NCBI GenBank assembly: GCA_029936935.1
Contig: JAPYRQ010000001.1
Span: forward strand, 22,970 to 86,329
Length of the DNA stretch: 63,360 nt
Origin: Dehalococcoidia bacterium
GTDB taxonomy: Bacteria; Chloroflexota; Dehalococcoidia; Lucifugimonadales; UBA1127
Direction: 5' to 3'
The notes beneath the pieces are model-generated. The model did no database searches and was not told the origin of the DNA. It was given only the letters and a program-made list of their open reading frames with translations. Shown here piece after piece: positions 19,899 through 27,763 of this stretch (positions are counted from its first letter, which is position 1; each line of letters opens with the position of its first letter). The position numbers and the translations under genes were made by a program.

Positions 19899-21538
19899 AG
19901 AACATCATCCTCACAGGGTTCGCTGGCACGGGCAAGACAGTAGTCGGCCAGGATGTGGCGGTGCTCCTTGGTTGGACGTTTGTAGATACTGACGATGTGC
20001 TGGAGCGACTTGCTGGAAAGAGCGTCGAAGCGGTGTTTGCCGACGACGGCGAGGCAGCGTTCCGCGCCCTGGAGTCCAAGGCGTTAATCGAAGTATGTAA
20101 AGACGACAAGCAGGTCATCGCCACCGGCGGCGGCATGGTGATAGACCCGGCCAACCAGACCCTGATGAACGAGTCGGGCTTTGTGGTTTGTCTGGAGGCC
20201 AGCCCCGAGACAATCATCCAACGCCTCTTCTCAGCGACTTCTGAAAACGAGACCGTGCGACCCCTCCTGCAGGGCGATAACCCGTTGAAACGCGCTCTGG
20301 AGTTGAAGGCGGGCAGGCAAGCAGCATACGCCGAGGCCCAGTGGACGGTGCACACGGACAAGCTTGGTGTGCAGGACATCGCCCGGGAGGTCGTTCGCGC
20401 TTCCAGGATGTTCGGCGCGGAAACCGATTCGCCTGAGTCAGCCCACGCAGGCGACCTGGCGGCGACCGTTCGGTCTGCCACCGGCCCATGCCCAGTCTAC
20501 GCAGGAACAGGCTTAATCGACGACATCGGTACGCTGTGTCGCAACGCGGGGCTTACCAGCACCGCCTACGTCATATCTGATAGCAATGTCTTCAACACCC
20601 ACGGGCGTAAAGTGCAGATGTCTCTTGAGGCTGCCGACATCCCCGTGCACACCTTCGTTGTTCCAGCTGGTGAGACATCCAAGTCAGTGGAGACGTTAGA
20701 GGCTTGCTACCAGTGGCTCGCAGAACGCAGAGCAGAGCGTGGCCACTTCATCGTCGCGGTAGGCGGCGGCGTCATAGGCGACCTGGCGGGGTTCACTGCA
20801 GCTACGTTCAATCGCGGCCTACCAGTCGTGCAGGTGCCGACATCTCTGGCGGCTATGGTGGATGCTTCAATAGGCGGCAAGACGGCCATCAACCTCTCTG
20901 CCGGTAAGAACCTGGTGGGAGCGTTCCATCAGCCGCGCATGGTGCTGGCCGACGTGGATTCGCTGGTATCGCTTCCAGAGCGCGAGCGTGCTGCAGGCTG
21001 GGCCGAGGCCGTGAAACATGGCTTGATACTGGATGCAGACCTGTTCCGGACCTTTGAGGAGCATGCCGAAGCAATAACGAACCTTGAACAGCCGCTGACT
21101 TCGGAAGTGGTCAGACGGAGCATGGCGGTCAAAGCTGACGTTGTGACCAGGGACGAACGTGAGACCCTGGGGCTGCGGATCCTGCTGAACTACGGCCACA
21201 CCATCGGACACGGGCTGGAGACAGCAACGGAATACGGCACACTGCTTCACGGCGAGGCTGTGGCCATCGGTATGACGGCTGCGGTGCGCATTAGTAGGGG
21301 CATGGGGCTCATCGGCGACGATGTGGTGGATCGTCAGGACAAGGCGTTGAAGCTCTACGGCCTACCGACAAGGATGCCCGGTGCCGACCGTGAGGCTGTT
21401 CGACGTGCAATGAGCGTCGACAAAAAGACGACCGCGGGAAACATACGGTGGGTGTTGCTTGAAGGGATCGGTCACGCTGTGACTCGCAATGATGTGCCGG
21501 AAGACCTGGTTCAGGCTGCTATAGCCGACGTGACCTAG
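19895..21538 (+). CDS. aroB: Fused shikimate kinase / 3-dehydroquinate synthase
   Basis: The N-terminal part is AroK with Walker A GFAGTGKT. The C-terminal part is AroB (GGGVIGDLAGF, NYGHTIGH). A ~40-aa linker joins them. Confidence 0.85.
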   Translation: MKNIILTGFAGTGKTVVGQDVAVLLGWTFVDTDDVLERLAGKSVEAVFADDGEAAFRALESKALIEVCKDDKQVIATGGGMVIDPANQTLMNESGFVVCLEASPETIIQRLFSATSENETVRPLLQGDNPLKRALELKAGRQAAYAEAQWTVHTDKLGVQDIAREVVRASRMFGAETDSPESAHAGDLAATVRSATGPCPVYAGTGLIDDIGTLCRNAGLTSTAYVISDSNVFNTHGRKVQMSLEAADIPVHTFVVPAGETSKSVETLEACYQWLAERRAERGHFIVAVGGGVIGDLAGFTAATFNRGLPVVQVPTSLAAMVDASIGGKTAINLSAGKNLVGAFHQPRMVLADVDSLVSLPERERAAGWAEAVKHGLILDADLFRTFEEHAEAITNLEQPLTSEVVRRSMAVKADVVTRDERETLGLRILLNYGHTIGHGLETATEYGTLLHGEAVAIGMTAAVRISRGMGLIGDDVVDRQDKALKLYGLPTRMPGADREAVRRAMSVDKKTTAGNIRWVLLEGIGHAVTRNDVPEDLVQAAIADVT

Positions 21539-21620
21539 AGCTTATTTGAAATGCATTTCAGGGGCAGTCCAGAGGGGTTTCCCATCTGGCAAGGAGTTTG
21601 GGGGATGTGCCCCCAAAGCC

Positions 21621-21658
21621 TAAAAAAACCTCCCCCTTTCCCTATTAGGGAGAGGGGG
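21621..21658 (-). terminator. Rho-independent terminator for cofE
   Basis: The minus-strand RNA reads CCCCCUCUCCC-UAAUA-GGGAAAGGGGG (one mismatch), followed by AGGUUUUUUU. Confidence 0.6.
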
Positions 21659-21690
21659 ATACAGGGGGAGAGGGAACTCCCAGATAACAA

Positions 21691-22452
21691 CTAGCGGAAC
21701 ATGTCCAAGGACGCGTCCCGGATTAGCGTCTTAGACCCCTCGGCTGATTCCTCATACTGGAACCCTCTCACCAACGTCACCGGAATCTCCTGGTTCTTTC
21801 CTGTGACCAACTCCGCAGCGCCTGTGACCTCATCGGCAACCGCCGCAACGGATACCCTCAGCGTGCGTCCGAACTGGTCTGCCTCGCCTCGATAGTCCTT
21901 CAGCGGATCCATGCCGGCCGTACCTATGGCGATGTCCGTGGTGCCGTCCCGCCAGGGTCTACCGAATGTGTCTGAGATGATGACGGCTACGGTGTGTCCG
22001 ATACGCTGCCTGATCTCCTCTCGAATCCTCTCGGCGGAAGCGTCCGGGTCTTTGGGCAGGAGGCACAGCATGTCTTCCCCGGGCACGTTTGAGGCATCTA
22101 CACCGGAGTTGGCGCAGATGAAGCCGTGTTTGGTCTCTGTGATGAGCACGCCGTGATCCATTCGCACAATGCGTTTGCTCTCCTGAAGCACCACCTCAAC
22201 ATGTCGGGCATCTTTGTCCCAATCGGCGGCCATGGTCTTCGCCAACTCAGAGGGCTCCACCGTTTTCAGGTCCACCAGAGCGCCTTCTGTTTTGGACACG
22301 ATCTTTTGGGTGACGACGACGATATCCCTGTCCTCTATAGGCGTGCCCTGGGTCTCAGCAGCCTTCAGGATGAGGTCCGCAAGGTCGTCGCCCTCTTTGA
22401 CTTCAGGCATACCTGTGACACCAATGACGCGAAACTCCGGGTAGGTGGGCAA
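21691..22452 (-). CDS. cofE: Coenzyme F420-0:L-glutamate ligase
   Basis: The call rests on CofE/FbiB N-domain family resemblance (VTQKIVSKTEG, ICANSGVDASN, ISDTFGRPWR). Confidence 0.8.
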   Translation of the reverse strand: MPTYPEFRVIGVTGMPEVKEGDDLADLILKAAETQGTPIEDRDIVVVTQKIVSKTEGALVDLKTVEPSELAKTMAADWDKDARHVEVVLQESKRIVRMDHGVLITETKHGFICANSGVDASNVPGEDMLCLLPKDPDASAERIREEIRQRIGHTVAVIISDTFGRPWRDGTTDIAIGTAGMDPLKDYRGEADQFGRTLRVSVAAVADEVTGAAELVTGKNQEIPVTLVRGFQYEESAEGSKTLIRDASLDMFR

Positions 22453-22560
22453 AACGGCCTCCTGGGATTTGGTGAATGTGACCCTTGAGACTCTACTGGT
22501 AGCTGGCGGTTACCGCAAGAGGCCCGCGTAAGCACAGAAGAGCTAGGTAGTCGGGTTTGG

Positions 22561-23346
22561 TTAGTGCGTCTCGGCGCGCTTGGCCTCTTCCCACAACGCA
22601 TCCTTCTCTTCCATAGACATGTCCTTCACTGAACGGCCTTGGGCGCGGGCGCCTGCCTCAATGTGGGTGAACCTACCGTAGAAACGGTCGTTTGCCCCAC
22701 GGAGAGCGCTCTCAGCGTCTATATCCAGCCATCGAGCCACGTTCACCAGGGATAGGAGGATATCGCCGAACTCGTGCTCCTTCTCGGCCTTGGTCTGTGC
22801 CTCTTCCAGTTCCCCGATCTCCTCACGGACCTTATCGAGAACGCCGGAGATGTCGTCCCACTCAAAGCCCGCCTGTGACGCCCTAAACGTGATGGACTGG
22901 CTATACCCTAGAGCGGACATCGCTTTGGCTACGCCGTCCAACACGGAGACCTTTTCTCCCCGCTCCTTCTTTTTTATTTCCTCCCAGTTGGCCTCAACCT
23001 CCCGGGCATCCTTGACCACCACATCGCCGAAGACGTGGGGGTGCCGCCGTACCAGCTTCTCATTGATGTGCTTGAACATGTCCGCGTCCGTGAAATCCCC
23101 GTTCTCCTCAGCGATCTGGCAATGGAACACGATCTGCATCAGCACATCGCCAAGTTCCTCCGACAGGGACTCCGGGTCGCCTGCATCCAGCGCTTCAAGG
23201 GCTTCGTAGCACTCTTCAAGCAGGTTGCGGCGTAACGTCGTGTGGGTCTGTTCCTGATCCCACGGACAGCCGTCAGGCGCCCTCAACCGGGAGATAATGT
23301 CCCGAAGGCCCTGGTATGAATCCGGGTGCTGGGGTTGTGTATCCAT
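22561..23346 (-). CDS. mazG: Nucleoside triphosphate pyrophosphohydrolase MazG
   Basis: The LRAPDGCPWDQEQTH motif and two EExxE MazG repeats are present. I prefer ATG 23346 (RBS aagga) over the TTG at 23376. Confidence 0.85.
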   Translation of the reverse strand: MDTQPQHPDSYQGLRDIISRLRAPDGCPWDQEQTHTTLRRNLLEECYEALEALDAGDPESLSEELGDVLMQIVFHCQIAEENGDFTDADMFKHINEKLVRRHPHVFGDVVVKDAREVEANWEEIKKKERGEKVSVLDGVAKAMSALGYSQSITFRASQAGFEWDDISGVLDKVREEIGELEEAQTKAEKEHEFGDILLSLVNVARWLDIDAESALRGANDRFYGRFTHIEAGARAQGRSVKDMSMEEKDALWEEAKRAETH

Positions 23347-23412
23347 AGCAATGTTCCTTTTTGAGAGATGGGCCAATTATACTGATGGAGAAGTTAGACG
23401 AATAGGGAAGCA

Positions 23413-24147
23413 ATGACGGAATCTACCTCAGGGATTAGAAGCAAGTGGGAACAGGTATCGCCGACGTTGTTTCGATGGGCGGGTGTTGCCTTCCTCATCG
23501 CTATGCCGATCTTCATCCTGACGCTCAATGTCCGGGTTGCGTTCAACTCATCGTGGGTGTACTCGACTGGCTTCGATAGGAACAATATCGAGCAGCGGAC
23601 TGGTGTGCCGGACGCGGAGCTTAACCGCATCGCCGACGAGTTTATTGACTACTTCGGCAACGATGATGAATTCCTGAACATACAACTCTACGACCAGGAG
23701 CTCTTCAACACGCGAGAGATCATTCACATGAAGGACGTCAAAGTCCGGGTGCAGTGGATGTACATCCTGACGTATATTGCGGGAGCGGTGCTTGTGGGCT
23801 ACCTGGTGTGGGGTTTTGCGCGAGGTGGGAGGGGGTTCCTGGAGCCTGCGCTTCGCCGTATCCGCAGGAGCGGACTGTACACCATAGTGTCATTGGCTAC
23901 AGCGGGCATTATTGTAGGGATCGCGTTTGATTTCTTCTTCACCCTGTTCCACGAGATACTGTTCAGAAACGATTTCTGGTTGCTTGATCCCCGTCGCGAC
24001 TTCCTGGTCGTCATGTTCCCTGAGCAGTTCTGGTTTGAAGCAACGTTGCTTGTAGCATTCGCCACGGTGGTGATGGCGTTGTTGCTGGCAGGTGGTAGTT
24101 GGTGGGGGTTGAGCAGATTGCAGGGGAGCAGTGACGTAGACGACTAG
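23413..24147 (+). CDS. TIGR01906/DUF1461 family integral membrane protein (Lit-like)
   Basis: There are four TM helices. The conserved FHEILFRNDFWLLDP...FPEQFW block is present. Confidence 0.65.
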   Translation: MTESTSGIRSKWEQVSPTLFRWAGVAFLIAMPIFILTLNVRVAFNSSWVYSTGFDRNNIEQRTGVPDAELNRIADEFIDYFGNDDEFLNIQLYDQELFNTREIIHMKDVKVRVQWMYILTYIAGAVLVGYLVWGFARGGRGFLEPALRRIRRSGLYTIVSLATAGIIVGIAFDFFFTLFHEILFRNDFWLLDPRRDFLVVMFPEQFWFEATLLVAFATVVMALLLAGGSWWGLSRLQGSSDVDD

Positions 24148-24160
24148 GTCGGGAGTATGC

Positions 24161-24589
24161 CTAAGGTGCGTTGACCGCTACTAACTTCGTGGCGAGCAGT
24201 TCCAAGAATGCGTCCGACTTGCTATTCAAATCCAGCAGGGTAACTGGGAGTGGAGCTTCATCGAAGGCGGTTTGAGCATCTCTCAAGGATTCCCAGGCCG
24301 CCACTAGTTCAGCGTCGTCGGTGGCGGCTACTGCCATATCAACTCCTTGTGGGACCGTTCCTTTGCCCTCAGTTCCGTGATTCCACCAGGCAATGAAGAC
24401 GTTGCCCACTGTTGCGTATGCAAGTTTCTTTGTCCTCTCCGCTACGGTCAAATCTAGGACGCTTTCCAGTGTCAGGAGTGATGCCTGGTTGTTGGCCACT
24501 CCTTCCGCATTGGTAGTAGAAGCGCTATCTAACGCGTTTTGCAGACTGGCGAGGGAGCGCTTAAGCTCTGCGACTTTGGCCTGTTCCAC
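24161..24589 (-). CDS. Hypothetical protein; probably the 3' portion of a frameshifted gene
   Basis: GTG start with no convincing RBS. Its frame stays open upstream to the A7 run at 24642-24648. See the corresponding finding. Confidence 0.45.
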   Translation of the reverse strand: MEQAKVAELKRSLASLQNALDSASTTNAEGVANNQASLLTLESVLDLTVAERTKKLAYATVGNVFIAWWNHGTEGKGTVPQGVDMAVAATDDAELVAAWESLRDAQTAFDEAPLPVTLLDLNSKSDAFLELLATKLVAVNAP

Positions 24590-24596
24590 CTGGATG

Positions 24597-25019
24597 TCAC
24601 GCGTGGATGTTGATGCGGACGTGGTTACGTTGTCCAGGCCGTTTTTTTATTACTACCACATCTGCCTGAGTCCTGGCGATGGATGCTTCAATAGATGCAA
24701 GGGTGCTCCGGAGTTCTGCTTCTACAACCGTTGCTTCTGAGCTGGTGGCGACTTTAGCCATGTCCCCTTGCAGTTGGCCAACATCCGCGCCAAGTTGTTG
24801 CAAGCTCCTCAGGTTGGTGTCCATATCAACCTGGGTTTCCGCCATCTTGAGGGTAAGGACGCTGGCCGCCAATTCTGCGTCACTGGCGTCGTTTCCGTTG
24901 GAGACCGCTGTGTACAACGCCGCTATAGATATCGCAGGAACCGCTATCAACGTCAGGAACGTGAGGCCGCCGTGGCCCTGCTCCCTCCGATGAGTATGTT
25001 CAATCGCCCTGATTGCCAT
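24597..25019 (-). CDS. Hypothetical membrane-anchored coiled-coil protein; probably the 5' portion of a frameshifted gene
   Basis: There is an N-terminal TM helix (LTFLTLIAVPAISIAALYTAV) followed by heptad-like repeats. The last 14 aa, after the A7 run, look like out-of-frame read-through. Confidence 0.5.
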   Translation of the reverse strand: MAIRAIEHTHRREQGHGGLTFLTLIAVPAISIAALYTAVSNGNDASDAELAASVLTLKMAETQVDMDTNLRSLQQLGADVGQLQGDMAKVATSSEATVVEAELRSTLASIEASIARTQADVVVIKKRPGQRNHVRINIHA

Positions 25020-25290
25020 ATATAGATTTATCCAAGTCTTAAATTCACACTTAATTCACACCAAAAATAATAACGACGTACCCTAATCCTGGTCAATTGA
25101 AATCCGTTGCTGCCCAAAGGCGTGCATACCTTAAACGAATCACCGCTACCTTTGGTTCATATGGGTGAGGTGTGAACTATCAGTATGCCATGAAATGAGG
25201 CGACATAAATCCATCGGAAGAATGAATAGTGAACTAAGAGAGGTTCAAACCGTAGCTCCAACGGGTGATGGGCTATGTGTAAGGAAAGCG

Positions 25291-25320
25291 CAAAACAAAA
25301 ACCCCCGGAGTTCCGGGGGC
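25291..25320 (-). terminator. Rho-independent terminator after the FmdB-family gene
   Basis: The minus-strand RNA reads CCCCCGG-AACU-CCGGGGG, followed by UUUUUGUUUUG. Confidence 0.65.
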
Positions 25321-25345
25321 TTTCAGATTAACGAGTTGGTCTTGG

Positions 25346-25570
25346 TTAGCTGCAGCCGCAAGCGCCGCCACAGCAGGCACCGCCGCCGCCCATCGGGCTA
25401 GGCATCGGCTCACCACCGGCTCCAACACTCACAGCAGCAAAGACGGAGAGCACGCGGTGCCCCTCGCCGCCACAGGTTGGGCAGGTTGCCGGATCGGCAC
25501 CCTTGGACATAGTCCGGAGCACTTCAAACTTCTCTTCACAGGGGTTACAGAGATACTCGTACAACGGCAT
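25346..25570 (-). CDS. FmdB-family zinc-ribbon protein
   Basis: The N-terminus MPLYEYLCNPCEEKFE and the second pair CPTCG are present, with a Gly/Cys-rich tail GGGGACCGGACGCS. Confidence 0.8.
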   Translation of the reverse strand: MPLYEYLCNPCEEKFEVLRTMSKGADPATCPTCGGEGHRVLSVFAAVSVGAGGEPMPSPMGGGGACCGGACGCS

Positions 25571-25722
25571 AATGTCCTCCTCAAATTCCTGAACAAGTTG
25601 ATTCTATATGATACGGTTTTCCAAGGTCAACCCAATTCATCGCCCAGTATCCTTGATGCCATTCCTAGGGAACGGTACAATGGGCCGAACGGCAGTATAC
25701 CTAATAAGAGGGTGGTTTCAGC

Positions 25723-26739
25723 ATGGCTCTATCTCCAACACATATCCAGGAAATGCTTACCGGGTTCTGGGTATCCAAGGCATTGTTCACCGGTGTTGAG
25801 CTGGGTCTGTTCGACGAACTGGCCAAAGGCCCTGCCAGCGCAGAAATTCTAGCGTATCGTTTGCGGCTCCACCCCGGAGCGTTGGAACGACTCATGAACT
25901 CGTTGGTAGCGCTAGAACTCATCACCAAAGAAAATGGCCGTTTCAGCAACACTGAAGAGACATCTCAGTATCTGGTGAAGGACCAGGGTTCCTACCTTGG
26001 CGGTCAGGTTGAGCACCTCAGCCAGCTCCATTGGCGGCTCTGGCAGTTGCTCCCGGGTGCCATCAGAGAGAACACGCCTCGAGTGAGAGAGGTCTTCGGC
26101 CCTGGCTTCGATATGTTGGAATCGGTTTACGCCGAACCTCAGCGACTTCGAGGGTTCGTTCAGGGTATGCACAACCTGACTGTTGCGGACGCTCAGGAGA
26201 TTGTGGACGCCTTTGACTTTGGTCCCTTTAACACCCTGTTGGACGTAGGCGGGACCTCCGGAGCACTGGTCATTGCGGCCTTAAAGAAACATGAAAAGCT
26301 GAAGGGCATCGTGTTTGAGCAGCCTGCCGTGTGCGCGATTGCCGACGATTACCTCAAGCAGTACGAAGTGGACGATAGAGCGAAGACCCACCCGGGGGAC
26401 TTCTTCCAGCGAGGTAGTCTTCCCCTTGATGCCGATGTCATTACGTTGGGTTGGATACTCCACGATTGGCCTGAGGACCAATGTAAGGTGATCCTTCAGC
26501 ATTGCTTCGATGCGCTACAGCCAGGGGGCACCATTCTGGTCTGTGAGAAGCTGCTCAATGAGACCGGTACCGGGCCGCTGCTCACTACGTTGATGGACCT
26601 CCATGCGCTGGTATCCACGGGAGGGCAGGAGCGATCCGCTGCCGTGTATCAACAGTGGCTAGAAGAAGCCGGGTTCACCGGTACGGAAGTTCGCCTGCTG
26701 GAGGGTAACCGAGACCTGGTGATCGCACACAAACCGTAA
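25723..26739 (+). CDS. Class I SAM-dependent O-methyltransferase (family 2, with N-terminal dimerisation domain)
   Basis: SAM motif LLDVGGTSG is present, followed by GDFF, LHDWPED and an N-terminal winged-helix dimerisation segment. Confidence 0.75.
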   Translation: MALSPTHIQEMLTGFWVSKALFTGVELGLFDELAKGPASAEILAYRLRLHPGALERLMNSLVALELITKENGRFSNTEETSQYLVKDQGSYLGGQVEHLSQLHWRLWQLLPGAIRENTPRVREVFGPGFDMLESVYAEPQRLRGFVQGMHNLTVADAQEIVDAFDFGPFNTLLDVGGTSGALVIAALKKHEKLKGIVFEQPAVCAIADDYLKQYEVDDRAKTHPGDFFQRGSLPLDADVITLGWILHDWPEDQCKVILQHCFDALQPGGTILVCEKLLNETGTGPLLTTLMDLHALVSTGGQERSAAVYQQWLEEAGFTGTEVRLLEGNRDLVIAHKP

Positions 26740-26767
26740 GCCTTAGGCCAGTGCTCCTATCCCCTCA

Positions 26768-27763
26768 GTGCTTCACGTTAAAGGAGATGTCATGACCAGT
26801 TCACCAGACACTTTGCGTATTGTGGTACCTGACGATGCACCCGCAGCGGTTGCCGGCTCCGTCCAAGAAGAGAAGCTCCGGGCGCTGGGTGGCCTTGAGA
26901 TGCATGACTCGTTAGCGGGGGAACCCGCACTGTTGCTCGAGCGCATCCGCGATGCCGATGTAGCGATATGCATCCGCAATTCAAGCCAGTTCTCTGATGA
27001 AGTCCTGAGCCAATGCACTCGACTCAAGCACATTGCCGTGTTTGGGATCGGCGTGGACATGGTGGACCTGGAAGCGTGCAAGCGCCTTGGCATCACCGTC
27101 ACCAACATCCCCGGTTACTCTGCTCCCGCTGTTGCCGAGTGCGCCCTGACGTTGGCTCTCTCAGTCTCCCGGCGGGTGCGGCAGAACGACTTGTTGATCC
27201 GTGAGGGCGATTGGGCAAGGGCACCTGTTGGGCAGCTGCATGGCAAGACCCTTGGCATCATCGGCGTTGGCCCAATAGGGAAGCGCATGGCTGAGCTTGG
27301 ACAGGCCGTGGGCATGAATGTCATCGGTTGGACGTTCCATCCCGACGAGGCGTGGGGAAAACGCACCGGGGTCACCTTTGGTTCGATGGAGGATGTGCTC
27401 AGCACCGCCGATGTCGTATCCATCCACGTGCGATTATCGGATATGAGTCGCGGGTTGTTGGACGCAGCGAAACTGTCCCTCATGAAGCCCACATCCATCC
27501 TGGTGAACACCGCTCGAGGGGCTATTGTGGATGAGGAAGCCCTTGTGCAGGCGTTGCAATCAGGACGTATCGCAGGAGCCGGGTTGGACGTTTTCACTAC
27601 GGAGCCACTTCCGGCGGGACACGCGTTCACCAAGATGGACAACGTTGCGCTGTCTCCCCATGTAGCAGCATCCACACCGGAGACCGATTACGCGGGGTTG
27701 GAGATGGTGGTGGACAATATACGGAGTTGGGTGAACGGAGCTCCCATCAACGTCATCGTCTAA
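26768..27763 (+). CDS. D-isomer-specific 2-hydroxyacid dehydrogenase family protein
   Basis: NAD-binding motif GIIGVGPIGKRMA is present, with catalytic NTARGAIVDEEAL and SPHVAAST. An alternative start is ATG 26792. Confidence 0.8.
   Translation: MLHVKGDVMTSSPDTLRIVVPDDAPAAVAGSVQEEKLRALGGLEMHDSLAGEPALLLERIRDADVAICIRNSSQFSDEVLSQCTRLKHIAVFGIGVDMVDLEACKRLGITVTNIPGYSAPAVAECALTLALSVSRRVRQNDLLIREGDWARAPVGQLHGKTLGIIGVGPIGKRMAELGQAVGMNVIGWTFHPDEAWGKRTGVTFGSMEDVLSTADVVSIHVRLSDMSRGLLDAAKLSLMKPTSILVNTARGAIVDEEALVQALQSGRIAGAGLDVFTTEPLPAGHAFTKMDNVALSPHVAASTPETDYAGLEMVVDNIRSWVNGAPINVIV

Noticed and set aside
25165-25401. 78-aa plus-strand ORF in the AT-rich spacer
   Set aside because: It runs through the FmdB-gene terminator and into the FmdB CDS in antisense. 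It has no RBS and an odd composition.
27760-27763. Convergent 2-hydroxyacid dehydrogenase and TgpA-like genes overlap by 4 nt, with stop codons sharing bases (CTAA)
   Set aside because: This is a real feature of the sequence, but such overlaps are common in compact genomes. It only means there is no intergenic terminator.
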